From positions 11,773-75,772 of IMG/VR virus record IMGVR_UViG_3300029288_000148: a DNA stretch of 64,000 nt. The stretch is one strand, 5' to 3'. The notes under the pieces were generated by a model. That model was not told the DNA's origin. It saw nothing but the letters and a program-made list of their open reading frames with translations, and did not search any database. A program made the position numbers and the translations under genes. Of this stretch, positions 18,939 to 28,607 are shown piece by piece. The DNA is from a virus. Its lineage: Duplodnaviria; Caudoviricetes. Each line of letters starts with the position of its first letter. Positions within the stretch are counted from its first letter, which is position 1.

Positions 18939-19052
18939 ATCATTTTCTTTACTGCCCATGTGGTTCGATTACTTATTGTGTATTCTGACATAGTTATTTT
19001 CTGTGTTCATGGTTCGTTCGGTATTACATGTTTGGTTCTCCTTTGGTTTTTA

Positions 19053-19136
19053 TTACGCCTTCCATCCTCCCCAGAAAGCAAGTATCAGCAAAAAGACAAA
19101 CAGTCCTCCGGTAATGTATTTAAGTAGCTTTGTCAT
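19053..19136 (-). pseudogene. Short membrane peptide, 27 aa (MTKLLKYITGGLFVFLLILAFWGGWKA), paralog of 18813-18938
   Basis: ATGA overlap with the upstream gene; shares FWGGWKA; ends in TAA TAA. Confidence 0.4.
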
Positions 19137-19393
19137 TGCGTTTCTTTTGTATGCTCATCAAGTTTCTTTTCAATCCGGTTAAGCTGTTCCAGTACAAGGT
19201 TAAACTCATCACGGCTCACTTTTGATCCTTGCAGTCTTTCGATGTTGTTTTCGTTGTGAGTCGCCCGAAGCTCAAGTGTAGCTGCTTTTGCGGAAATTAC
19301 ACCCCATGTTGTTACCCCTGCAAGGATAATTGATACCAAGCCGGATAATGCCCACTGAGGAAGGGTTACATACTTTTCTTTGTCAAGTGTCAT
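19133..19393 (-). CDS. Single-TM coiled-coil protein in lysis cassette (holin/antiholin-like), 86 aa
   Basis: One hydrophobic helix followed by a heptad-rich tail; downstream of the endolysin. Confidence 0.5.
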   Translation of the reverse strand: MTLDKEKYVTLPQWALSGLVSIILAGVTTWGVISAKAATLELRATHNENNIERLQGSKVSRDEFNLVLEQLNRIEKKLDEHTKETQ

Positions 19394-19439
19394 CTTTAAT
19401 TGTATTAATCATAATTACCGCAAATAGTTTTAAGTCATC

Positions 19440-19739
19440 TCACTTATTATTTATTCCTACCACTGTCGAATTATCCGGATTAAACACCTTCGCCACCTTT
19501 TTAAATAACATCTGTCCTGACATTCCCAAGACAACGGAGCTGATAAATGTGATAGTGTAAATAGATGCAATCTCTTCCTTTGCATAAACAAGCACTCCTC
19601 CGCAAATAATGTTAAGTAAAGTCGATCCTATGTTCTGTTTAAAGAAAATAGAAAACTTATAATCCGGTTTTGTTAGTGCCTCATTGAACCCTAAAAGAAG
19701 GCTTATGGCCGCACCAATTAAAATAGCTACGTAATACAT
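19440..19739 (-). CDS. Holin-like membrane protein, 99 aa
   Basis: Three hydrophobic segments; lysis cassette context. Confidence 0.55.
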   Translation of the reverse strand: MYYVAILIGAAISLLLGFNEALTKPDYKFSIFFKQNIGSTLLNIICGGVLVYAKEEIASIYTITFISSVVLGMSGQMLFKKVAKVFNPDNSTVVGINNK

Positions 19740-19741
19740 CG

Positions 19742-20143
19742 CTAAACCTCCTTTTCGATCCCTAAAGCCCGGAGAATCATTTTCACAAGCTCTATATCAA
19801 AGAATCCATTAGCAACTAATCCGGCAGCTACACCATATATAATAGTATTAAGCCAGCTAAGTTCAGCCATAAACCCGATATTAACAAGATTGCCGACAAT
19901 TATAAGTACGAGTGCCACTAACCATGCTACTATCTGTTTCATGAATCCGGCAGTCTTAAATAGTGTATTAAGGAAAGCTGCAAGGAATACAGTTACAGCC
20001 GCTACCCCTGCAAGGGAGCCAAGCCATACGTTTATATTTGCAAACAGTTCCAACCAGTTTGTAGGAGGATCAACAGCCTGACCGAAAGTCGGGAGAATAA
20101 GAACAAACATCAAAGCAAAAAACATCATTAACTTTTTCATCAT
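19742..20143 (-). CDS. Multi-TM holin-like protein with signal-peptide-like N-terminus, 133 aa
   Basis: MMKKLMMFFALMFVLILPTFG|Q followed by several TM helices. Confidence 0.55.
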   Translation of the reverse strand: MMKKLMMFFALMFVLILPTFGQAVDPPTNWLELFANINVWLGSLAGVAAVTVFLAAFLNTLFKTAGFMKQIVAWLVALVLIIVGNLVNIGFMAELSWLNTIIYGVAAGLVANGFFDIELVKMILRALGIEKEV

Positions 20144-20164
20144 TTTCTTTTTTAAATTAATATT

Positions 20165-20254
20165 TCAACCTTTATAAATTATTAATAAAACAATCGCTGC
20201 AATTATACCAAGCATTACTGCCCATTCGCTTATTTCTCTAAGTGTGCTTTTCAT
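20165..20254 (-). CDS. Small single-TM peptide, 29 aa
   Basis: MKSTLREISEWAVMLGIIAAIVLLIIYKG; ATGA overlap with the endolysin stop. Confidence 0.45.
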   Translation of the reverse strand: MKSTLREISEWAVMLGIIAAIVLLIIYKG

Positions 20255-20685
20255 ACGATCACAACTTTAAACTTTTCATCCATTACATCCCAAAGCGCAT
20301 CCATAGCTTTTGAGCTATCGGCAACGTCAAGCATCCCGTCCTGATTCAGGTCATAGAAATATAAACCTGGAAGAATACACCCCTCTGAATCTTTCTGGTA
20401 CCCTGCTACGAAGTTTCCCACATGAACGAGTATTCCACTACGTCCACGGACATAAAGCAACCTGAACACCTTTCCTTTTGTCTGGTGCAGTTCTTTAACT
20501 GCATTGTATTCTCCTTCCGGGATGCAACTCACATTACGTTGATTTGAAACCCAAGGTAATTCCAATGCCTTACACCTATAAAGCAATTCCTCTCCGTTCA
20601 TCGCATAAACTGATGACATAGTTAAGTTTGGCTTGTATGTCCGACTTAATAAGAGCTTTTTTGATATGTCGCTAAAGGTTGACAT
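20251..20685 (-). CDS. DUF5675-family putative endolysin (peptidoglycan peptidase)
   Basis: ALELPW..N...SCIPEGEY, GRSGILVHVGN and DSEGCILPG motifs; start moved to MSTF at 20685. Confidence 0.8.
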   Translation of the reverse strand: MSTFSDISKKLLLSRTYKPNLTMSSVYAMNGEELLYRCKALELPWVSNQRNVSCIPEGEYNAVKELHQTKGKVFRLLYVRGRSGILVHVGNFVAGYQKDSEGCILPGLYFYDLNQDGMLDVADSSKAMDALWDVMDEKFKVVIV

Positions 20686-20687
20686 AT

Positions 20688-22400
20688 TTATATTCTTACC
20701 CATTTACCATTATAAAATACCCACTTAATGCCATTTTTAACAAATGATGTTGTCTTTGTTGTAAACTCTAAATCTTCACCATATTGTGTGCCAACTTCAT
20801 TTGTGGCATAAGCTCGAACATGAAATGTTGATCCTTCGGTTAATCCAGTAATATTCGCCACATAAGCACCTGTTGTGCCACTAACAGTAACAACATTATC
20901 AGTCAAATCAGGATTTGCGCCAGTACTCCAAACAACACCCCTTGCAGAAATAGTTCCACCACCATCATCATATACATTCCCACCGACTGAGCAAGTTGTT
21001 TTTGACGGATATGCACCAGTTGTAAAAATGACAAGTGGTTCAATCTCCTCTCCGGGATCAGGATCATTATATTCGTAAGCCCCTATACTTGGGGGAGTAC
21101 CCCATAATATTGAATCGGCATCATAAGTTAATCCAACATCAACTCCTATTCCCCGTAATTGAGATGTAGATGATAATCGCAAAAACTTATTATAGCAATC
21201 ATTATCAGGTAGTGATCCATCGGCTTGTCTTGGTGCAGTTAATCCAGTTGAATCAATTGATTGAAAATCCAAATTATTAACGGTAAGTCCTGATATGTCC
21301 CATGAGTTATGGTCATGCGTATATACAGCACCAGATCGGGTAAAAACACTTCCTGATACATTCCCGTATGACACATTATTTCGAAATATCCTCAAGTATT
21401 CATCTGCATCATACCCAGTACTTAACCTACTTATATTAAATCCAGAACCTTTATTTGCGTAGGATATATTGTTATAATATTGAGAAATTAATATATAATT
21501 ACCATACCACTCATTGGTAAAGAAGCCACTACCGTCATTATATAAAGCAAAACAATTATATACCTCACGCCTTAATTCATCAGAGGGCTGCTCTATCCAG
21601 CCTAATTTATAGCCTGATCCATCGGGCATAAATATGTTCGTATTGCAAAATGACCAGCACCCTACACATTTAATATAACCACATGATGATACATTAAATC
21701 CCTGATCTGAACAATGCCATGCTCTGCAATTATAAAAATATGTCTCACCTGTAGTACTGGTACGATTAACTACATCAAAACCAGTACCAGCATTTCCAGT
21801 AGTAAGACTATCACAAATATTATATGCATCACAATTAGTAAAAACATGTTGACCATCATTTGAACCTGAAAAGGATGAATAAAATCCAGCACCCTCACAG
21901 TTGTAAGCAACACAATTTTCCACTGCCACAATTCCGTAATTAAAAAACCAACCTACTCCTTGAGAACCTGTCTCGGCAGTATATTGTTTAAAATTTCTTA
22001 CTGTTAATCCCTGAAATTTTACATAATAAATAGGATTACTTGAATCTCCACGTATGCCAACATTTTTATAACCAACAGGGCTTAATGGATCAGAATTACT
22101 GCCATCAAGTATGGGCGTTTCTCCGGGATAATTAATATAAACTATCCAATTATCTGTTGTCCCATCACGAGTTGGACATATCCCTGCTCCATTTGTTACG
22201 GTTGTCGGATATACACCTCCTCTTATAAAAACAGTATCCCCTGGATTAACATTAGTTGTAGTCATAGCATATTGCCATGTTGCCCATGGACTCGCTAATG
22301 TTCCAGCATTGCCATTATCCCCCGTTGTAGCTACATAATAAGTATTTGCACGAACAATGGCATTGAAACAAATAAATAATATTATTAATATTTTTTTCAT
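20688..22400 (-). CDS. Right-handed beta-helix polysaccharide lyase-like protein (PL9-like) with FN3-like domain and Sec signal peptide, 570 aa
   Basis: MKKILIILFICFNAIVRA|NTYYVATTG...PGDTVFIRGGVY, Asn-ladder repeats, DGSGYKLG, GGNVYDDGG...ARGVVWS...HVRAYATNEVG; true start at 22400. Confidence 0.8.
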   Translation of the reverse strand: MKKILIILFICFNAIVRANTYYVATTGDNGNAGTLASPWATWQYAMTTTNVNPGDTVFIRGGVYPTTVTNGAGICPTRDGTTDNWIVYINYPGETPILDGSNSDPLSPVGYKNVGIRGDSSNPIYYVKFQGLTVRNFKQYTAETGSQGVGWFFNYGIVAVENCVAYNCEGAGFYSSFSGSNDGQHVFTNCDAYNICDSLTTGNAGTGFDVVNRTSTTGETYFYNCRAWHCSDQGFNVSSCGYIKCVGCWSFCNTNIFMPDGSGYKLGWIEQPSDELRREVYNCFALYNDGSGFFTNEWYGNYILISQYYNNISYANKGSGFNISRLSTGYDADEYLRIFRNNVSYGNVSGSVFTRSGAVYTHDHNSWDISGLTVNNLDFQSIDSTGLTAPRQADGSLPDNDCYNKFLRLSSTSQLRGIGVDVGLTYDADSILWGTPPSIGAYEYNDPDPGEEIEPLVIFTTGAYPSKTTCSVGGNVYDDGGGTISARGVVWSTGANPDLTDNVVTVSGTTGAYVANITGLTEGSTFHVRAYATNEVGTQYGEDLEFTTKTTSFVKNGIKWVFYNGKWVRI

Positions 22401-22401
22401 A

Positions 22402-24657
22402 TTAAAATGGATAGGTTTTCCCATTACCGCCATTATATAATTCTGTTATTTCGTCTGCGGTTAAAGCACGCGACCATACACCCACTTCGTCTACATAAGA
22501 ACCAACCATTGATCCATAATCATTTCTACCTATTCTAAAATTATTTACATTAGTTACCGGAGTTAAAGTAAACGCATCTGTAATAGGTTCTCCACCATTA
22601 AGATACAACTTATGTATATTGTCATTATCGCTCCAAGTATAAACAATATGATACCATTGTCCTGTTGTAAGTGTTGTTGTATGTTCAAATTGATCACGTG
22701 CGCTTGAACTTGCTATTTGCGCCCTTATTGTATATGGAGCTGTTGTTCCGTATAACCATATATGATACCCTTCACGATCAGTAGTAAAATTTATTTTGCC
22801 TACTAAATTATTTGCTGATGTCGTTGGATCAGAAACGCAATAAACCCACACAGATATTGATCCCTCGCCTCCTACTGATAAATCCTCTGTATTTCCCATG
22901 TCAAAGTAGCCAGTATTGCTAAATAAAACACTTCTTCCACTTATAGCTTCAGCCTGATCTTCGGTTACAGTTCCTCCTTCAGTACCATCATTACTTCCAA
23001 TTTCATCAGTAGCAGTTGTCCCAGATGTATGATCTAATTTATAATAAGCTACCAGTCCGGTAAGTAAGGATGATTGGTTATTATTAGTTACTGAAGTATT
23101 TGTAAATGGTGCAGCGTGATAACCTGCGCTATCCTGTAAATAAGGCCAGTCTCTCGCATAACTAAGCGTATATGTTAAGTTTTTATGTGAGATACTATCA
23201 AGTGCAATAAATAGACTATCATGTCCTATACTTATGCCATTCAAACCATAGGTTGTTCCTTCTTCTTTAAGTGTAAACGCTGTTTGTGGTGGCACACTAT
23301 CTTGATCAAGATACTTATTCCAGACAACCAAAACAGTATCATCCGCAAATTCCCCTACTTCTATTTTACTAATTATAGGTCTATACCCATTGTTAGTTAC
23401 CGTCTTATTTGTAAATGACTTGACTTCATTTTCGTCACTATCCTGCAAAGGGCCTAATAATGGTTTTGTGTATGCAAGTTTTAATGTTGTGTCTGCTTGT
23501 GGAGTTTGATCAAGTACGAGAAATAGTGTATCATTTGATATGGATACATTTGTAACATCAATAGTATCAACTTCTGATCCATATTCAAAATAAAAAGTTG
23601 TAGTTGCCGGAATAGAATCAGCGACTAAATTTTCAGACATTACAACTCGTAAAAGCCTTGCAGCACTATCACCAACCTCTGCACTTTCAAATGTTGGTGG
23701 CAATACAGATGTTATCTCTGTTTGTAAATCAGTAAATGCAGTAAGGAGCGAATCATGTCTATAATAAATATATGTGCTATCCCATGCAACATTAGCCATT
23801 ATGCTATCGACTTGTCGCTGAGTGTAGTATTGACCTCTTGTAGTAACAAGTGTATCACCAACCAAAACTGCAACATCTCCTAAATCTTCAATATCCGAAG
23901 CAATAATATGTACTCCTAATGTATCAGCACCATCATAGAAAGCAATTCGACTATTAACTAATCCTATTGAGTCAATCGAAAGAGAAGTACCTCCAACATT
24001 CAAAGAATTAGCTGTTACAAGCCCTGATGTAGTTATTGTTGTCGGAGTCGATATACTTCCTCCTATTGTCAGGTTATTACTTCCAAGTGCTAAATCTGCA
24101 CCAACTGTTAAAGTACCGTCTGAATGAGTTATTGTTTCGGCATTGTTGAATCTGATAACACTCGCTGAATCTAAATCAACATCATCAAAAGGATAAGTTG
24201 CACTACCTAAATCTATTGTTCCTGCTGCATTTGGAAGAAGGTTAGTGTTTATTGCTACACTGGCAAGATTTGATAATGCTTTATTGGCATAAGCGGCATT
24301 TGCTTCACTTGTTAGAATATAATTAGTCAACATACCTGCTGTATCTGCCCTGTTAATATATGGCACAAGCATAGTATTTGTATCTGCAACCATTACAACT
24401 AATGGACGTAATACATTTAAACTATCTTCTATTTCGCCTCTTACATCAAGTATAGATGCACCAGTAGTAGTATAAGAAGCACCACCAATGTATATTACAA
24501 CTTCTCCTGTCACTAATTTAACTGAATCAATTAAATCAAGTGTATTGCCACCTATTCGTATCCCACCATTGGCATGTATAGGATATTTAAATCTGTTTTG
24601 CCCATAAGCACCTATGGCAGCAAGCATAAATAATATTGTAATTAAAATCTTTTTCAT
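22402..24657 (-). CDS. Tail-fibre-like protein with SwmB-like repeats, C-terminal LamG (ConA-like) domain and Sec signal peptide, 751 aa
   Basis: MKKILITILFMLAAIGAYG|Q; ANKALSNLASVAIN...DLGS shaft motif; LVAYYKLD...WYHIV...LYLNG...VDEVGVWSRALT LamG motifs. Confidence 0.75.
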   Translation of the reverse strand: MKKILITILFMLAAIGAYGQNRFKYPIHANGGIRIGGNTLDLIDSVKLVTGEVVIYIGGASYTTTGASILDVRGEIEDSLNVLRPLVVMVADTNTMLVPYINRADTAGMLTNYILTSEANAAYANKALSNLASVAINTNLLPNAAGTIDLGSATYPFDDVDLDSASVIRFNNAETITHSDGTLTVGADLALGSNNLTIGGSISTPTTITTSGLVTANSLNVGGTSLSIDSIGLVNSRIAFYDGADTLGVHIIASDIEDLGDVAVLVGDTLVTTRGQYYTQRQVDSIMANVAWDSTYIYYRHDSLLTAFTDLQTEITSVLPPTFESAEVGDSAARLLRVVMSENLVADSIPATTTFYFEYGSEVDTIDVTNVSISNDTLFLVLDQTPQADTTLKLAYTKPLLGPLQDSDENEVKSFTNKTVTNNGYRPIISKIEVGEFADDTVLVVWNKYLDQDSVPPQTAFTLKEEGTTYGLNGISIGHDSLFIALDSISHKNLTYTLSYARDWPYLQDSAGYHAAPFTNTSVTNNNQSSLLTGLVAYYKLDHTSGTTATDEIGSNDGTEGGTVTEDQAEAISGRSVLFSNTGYFDMGNTEDLSVGGEGSISVWVYCVSDPTTSANNLVGKINFTTDREGYHIWLYGTTAPYTIRAQIASSSARDQFEHTTTLTTGQWYHIVYTWSDNDNIHKLYLNGGEPITDAFTLTPVTNVNNFRIGRNDYGSMVGSYVDEVGVWSRALTADEITELYNGGNGKTYPF

Positions 24658-24669
24658 ATTATCTTTAAA

Positions 24670-25020
24670 TTATATTACTGATGTACTATAAACTGTTTCC
24701 CAATCTGTATCTTCAACCCCATCAAAACCTAATGGCGTTAATTCATTATCTATATAATAAACACATGCTCTTACCTGTTGCCTGTATCCTGCCACTCCAT
24801 CATCAATAGTCATTATTATACTATCCTCATCAAGTTCAAGTTGTACTATATTAAGTTCCCATGTAACACCACCGTCTGAAGAAAAGTCAATAACATACAT
24901 TCCATCCCTTTCTCCTTTTCTATACCAACATAGTCCACTCGAAACAATAGTCCAGGGTGATGCTTCTCCAACTTGTCTGCTAAAAGGTATCCCTATTGCT
25001 GTTCCTATACAAATACTCAT
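24670..25020 (-). CDS. Small fibre-associated protein with internal duplication, 116 aa
   Basis: Two copies of a YR...R...Y.ID.......G...WE pattern; lies between fibre genes. Confidence 0.55.
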   Translation of the reverse strand: MSICIGTAIGIPFSRQVGEASPWTIVSSGLCWYRKGERDGMYVIDFSSDGGVTWELNIVQLELDEDSIIMTIDDGVAGYRQQVRACVYYIDNELTPLGFDGVEDTDWETVYSTSVI

Positions 25021-25023
25021 GGT

Positions 25024-26787
25024 TTATTGTATAATTATTATAAATTTCCCGTCTGTTGTTTTCATAAACCTTGTTCTTATTGCGTCAGGTGTTGCAAAAA
25101 CTTTATTCCCTGTTGTTGGAGTACCATAATATTCATAAGCACCTATATCAACCTCTGTTCCTTCCCATGGTACTTCTTTTTGTCCATAATCGCTTGTCAA
25201 CCCCACGTCTATACCCGTATCAATGGCGGGAGAAAAAGATTGTAATTCATAACTCCCCGCCTGAAACATTGGCGCATCCTGAATATTATCTTCTATAATA
25301 TCTCCACTTATATCTGCACTATTCCATGTAGCAACTGAAATATTGGGTGTGCCCCGATAATAAATTATATTTGTTGCACCTAAAGTATATATAAGATTGT
25401 TTTTAAATACATTATCTAAAACTGTTGCTCCACTTGATACATAAATTGCAGTGTCATCACAAGCATAAATAATATTATTGATAAACTCATTATCATACTT
25501 ATCAGTATAAGTTGCACCATGTATAAGCCCAATGCCATAATCTTCACAATGAGCAATTATATTATTATAAAACTTCATATTATTTGCCGTTCCTGGCGTA
25601 AGTCCTCCTATCCATAAACCGCCTCCCGCATTAATATTTTTAGGGTAATGTGCTGGTGCATTAACTGTATCAATGATATTATAATAGAACTTTAAATTCT
25701 CGCCTTGTACCTGCATTCGTGCCTGTATATTATGTATATAGTTACGATAAATCTCATTACCATCACCATTAGTATAAAGCACACCAAGCCAACCTCCATA
25801 ATCAACATCAGGAGCAGTTATCTCATTATCATAAACTTTTACATTGTCAATCCTATCTGCGTCTGTACTTTCAAGAACAATAGATGTATGTCCCCAATTT
25901 TTGAAGTAATTATCATGTATAGACCATGTATTTGATATACCACCAACCTTAATGCCATCTCCGGTATATTTTGCTTCCCAATCTGAAACAAATGTATTTT
26001 CTGTATCAAAATTGCAGTTCTTTATTTCTACATCTCTTGTATCAACAGATGCATAAGCATTTATTCCATAAAATCCTTTAATATCGCAACTATCTATCAC
26101 TATTCCATCTGCATCATCAACTATCACCCCTATATATGCATGTTCAATATCAAGATTATTAATAGTAACATAATTAACCCCATTGAGATATATCCCTGAA
26201 TATGATGATGTTGCCTTTTCAATATAAGTAAATGTCGTTGCTGGATTTGTTTCAGAATAAATAAATAAACTATCATCACCATTCCAATACCATGGTTTTG
26301 ATGCTGTTGGTGGGAATGATTCAGGTCTCTCAACTTCAATACTATCAATCCATAATCTTATTGCTGTCCAATAAGAAGGTGTTCTTATTTCTTCCTGATA
26401 CCATACGTTAGGTCTTGTTGCCTCCCATGGCCTTGACCAATTACTCGCACCCGACCAACCAACAACTGTATCCCTTGCTGTAATAATAGGCTTTTCTCCC
26501 GTACCATAAGATGTTATAACAATTGGATGTCCGGAAGTTCCACTTCCACTAAGCCTAAGTGTTGTATCTGAGTGTATTGATAATATCCATTTAGCATCAC
26601 AATTAAAATGTATAGAATCATCCGGCTGATATGTAACAGATATTAATTGTCTGATAGTTTTCCATGCCTGAGCAGGACTTTCGCCATCATTACCATCATC
26701 TCCTGAATTAGATATATAATAATTTTTATCCTGACTATTCAGAATCAGTCCAATAAAAAGAAATAATATGATAAATACATTTCTCAT
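25024..26787 (-). CDS. Right-handed beta-helix depolymerase-like protein with Sec signal peptide, 587 aa
   Basis: MRNVFIILFLFIGLILNS|QDKNYYISNSGDDGNDGESPAQAWKTI; beta-helix Asn repeats; SPAIDTG...DIGAYEY. Confidence 0.8.
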   Translation of the reverse strand: MRNVFIILFLFIGLILNSQDKNYYISNSGDDGNDGESPAQAWKTIRQLISVTYQPDDSIHFNCDAKWILSIHSDTTLRLSGSGTSGHPIVITSYGTGEKPIITARDTVVGWSGASNWSRPWEATRPNVWYQEEIRTPSYWTAIRLWIDSIEVERPESFPPTASKPWYWNGDDSLFIYSETNPATTFTYIEKATSSYSGIYLNGVNYVTINNLDIEHAYIGVIVDDADGIVIDSCDIKGFYGINAYASVDTRDVEIKNCNFDTENTFVSDWEAKYTGDGIKVGGISNTWSIHDNYFKNWGHTSIVLESTDADRIDNVKVYDNEITAPDVDYGGWLGVLYTNGDGNEIYRNYIHNIQARMQVQGENLKFYYNIIDTVNAPAHYPKNINAGGGLWIGGLTPGTANNMKFYNNIIAHCEDYGIGLIHGATYTDKYDNEFINNIIYACDDTAIYVSSGATVLDNVFKNNLIYTLGATNIIYYRGTPNISVATWNSADISGDIIEDNIQDAPMFQAGSYELQSFSPAIDTGIDVGLTSDYGQKEVPWEGTEVDIGAYEYYGTPTTGNKVFATPDAIRTRFMKTTDGKFIIIIQ

Positions 26788-28607
26788 TCAGTAAATGGAT
26801 GGGTTGTTGTTGAATTATATAACAAGGTTACATCGGCTGGTGTAAATGCCTGATGCCATATAGCGCATTCATCCATATAACCACGAAAGTTTAATGCACC
26901 ATTTGTAGTATAATTACCGAAATATATATTAGAATTAGATGAGTGTAATGTTCCGCTAAATGTATAATTAGCATCATAAGCTGTCGTTACGTCAACATTA
27001 TTAACATATATTAAATTAGTTTTTCCATCTCCCCTATGAACGAAAACTACATGATATACAGTACTATCTGAAATTGCTGCAGTAGATATAGAGCTATATT
27101 CTGTTCCAGTAGAATTATATGTCCTAAACATTATTTTACCATCTGTATCTATATAAGCTCTATGAGTAAGTACTGGTGTTGCAGTATTTGTTATTGCAAA
27201 AATATAATCTGCTGTTGAAGCACCTATTGAATCAGCCCATATCCATGCAGATACTGTAAATAATGCATCAGGATTAACATTAACATTATAAGGCACTCTA
27301 ATCTGACTTTTATATCCAATATGCCTATTGTAATTATACTTTGCGTGTGCCGTAGTTGCTGTTGTGGCAGCACCTAAAACAGCTTCCTGAATATCATTTG
27401 CATCCGCTCCCGCTGTACCGCTTGTCTCATCAAGTTTATAATAAACAGCTAAACTATCAAGTAATGGTGATTCCTGACCCTCTAATGACAAATAATTCCA
27501 TGAAATAGGTTCTCTTATTCGTATTTCAACCCATTCATCATCTGTCCAATCAGGTCTCACAAATATTGTATCTTCATTTATACGATAACTACTATCTCTT
27601 GTATTTATAGCACCCGTATGAAACCAATGTAAATCACCTCGTCTATATACATCAAGCTGTTTACCTATAAATGCTGAATGAATAATAGTACTATCCCCCG
27701 AAGATGGAGCACCTGTGGTTGTCCCTATAATAAACTTTAATATATCACCCGTAAAAGAGCCACCACCACCTGATCCTATATATCCCTGGACATAAGAGGG
27801 TGTAGCAACATAATCATTATCACTTGCACCATCTGTTGTATCTGCTAATGCAATACCTATTACTGCATTATCTAACCTTTCCTGTATAGTATCATTAACT
27901 AATTCTGCTGTTTGTAAGCGTGGCATATAATTACCCTCAGATACTCCGGTACTATCTGCTGTTCCTACCGTTGCCGTTGCTGTCCGGAAGTCTGCCGCAC
28001 TTAATGCATTAACTCCATTTGTAGCTGTTATTTGCGGAAAGGTTATTGCTGAGGGATTAGGCAGCATAAAGAATGCTGATCCAACTGTTGTTGCTCCAAG
28101 GGATGTTCGTCCGTCTGCAGCGATAAGATCAGTATTACCACCATCCCATTTAAGCCTATCCGTGTAGGCTGTGTTCCAGTTTGCAACTGGCATCGCAACA
28201 CCACTAATTGTAGGTACGGTTGATATTTCTATGCTGGTAAACCACCCCTTTAAAATCCTATCTGCTATTGTCCCTATTGATGAGGCACCTAAATTACTAT
28301 AATAATTTACCGCCGTTAATCCTGTCACATAAATAGACGATACTCGATCTATTGAATTACCTATTCCCCCTGTTATTAATAAATTATTACTACCCAAATC
28401 AAAATTTCCTCCGGAAAGCGTCAATTTGTTTATTGACTGAGTAAGAGACAAATCGTTATTGAAATTGATATTGGCTCCCGATCCCTGTAGATAAAATGTC
28501 GGTGTTGTCTTTTTTAGGGTTAAATTAGATTCCATAAGCCTGGTTGATTGACAATAAGCCATGATCCCTACAAAAAACAATATGAATAGGAAAATCAGTT
28601 TTTTCAT
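26784..28607 (-). CDS. Tail-fibre-like protein with C-terminal LamG domain and Sec signal peptide, 607 aa
   Basis: MKKLIFLFILFFVGIMAYC|Q; NWNTAY, GRTSLGATTVG...NPSAITF fibre motifs; AVYYKLDETSG...YHVVFV...GYMDECAIW LamG motifs. Confidence 0.75.
   Translation of the reverse strand: MKKLIFLFILFFVGIMAYCQSTRLMESNLTLKKTTPTFYLQGSGANINFNNDLSLTQSINKLTLSGGNFDLGSNNLLITGGIGNSIDRVSSIYVTGLTAVNYYSNLGASSIGTIADRILKGWFTSIEISTVPTISGVAMPVANWNTAYTDRLKWDGGNTDLIAADGRTSLGATTVGSAFFMLPNPSAITFPQITATNGVNALSAADFRTATATVGTADSTGVSEGNYMPRLQTAELVNDTIQERLDNAVIGIALADTTDGASDNDYVATPSYVQGYIGSGGGGSFTGDILKFIIGTTTGAPSSGDSTIIHSAFIGKQLDVYRRGDLHWFHTGAINTRDSSYRINEDTIFVRPDWTDDEWVEIRIREPISWNYLSLEGQESPLLDSLAVYYKLDETSGTAGADANDIQEAVLGAATTATTAHAKYNYNRHIGYKSQIRVPYNVNVNPDALFTVSAWIWADSIGASTADYIFAITNTATPVLTHRAYIDTDGKIMFRTYNSTGTEYSSISTAAISDSTVYHVVFVHRGDGKTNLIYVNNVDVTTAYDANYTFSGTLHSSNSNIYFGNYTTNGALNFRGYMDECAIWHQAFTPADVTLLYNSTTTHPFTE

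Noticed and set aside
18962-18970. GGTTCGATT T-loop-like motif suggesting a tRNA
   Set aside because: Flanks do not form a T-stem or cloverleaf; no tRNA genes recognised in the window
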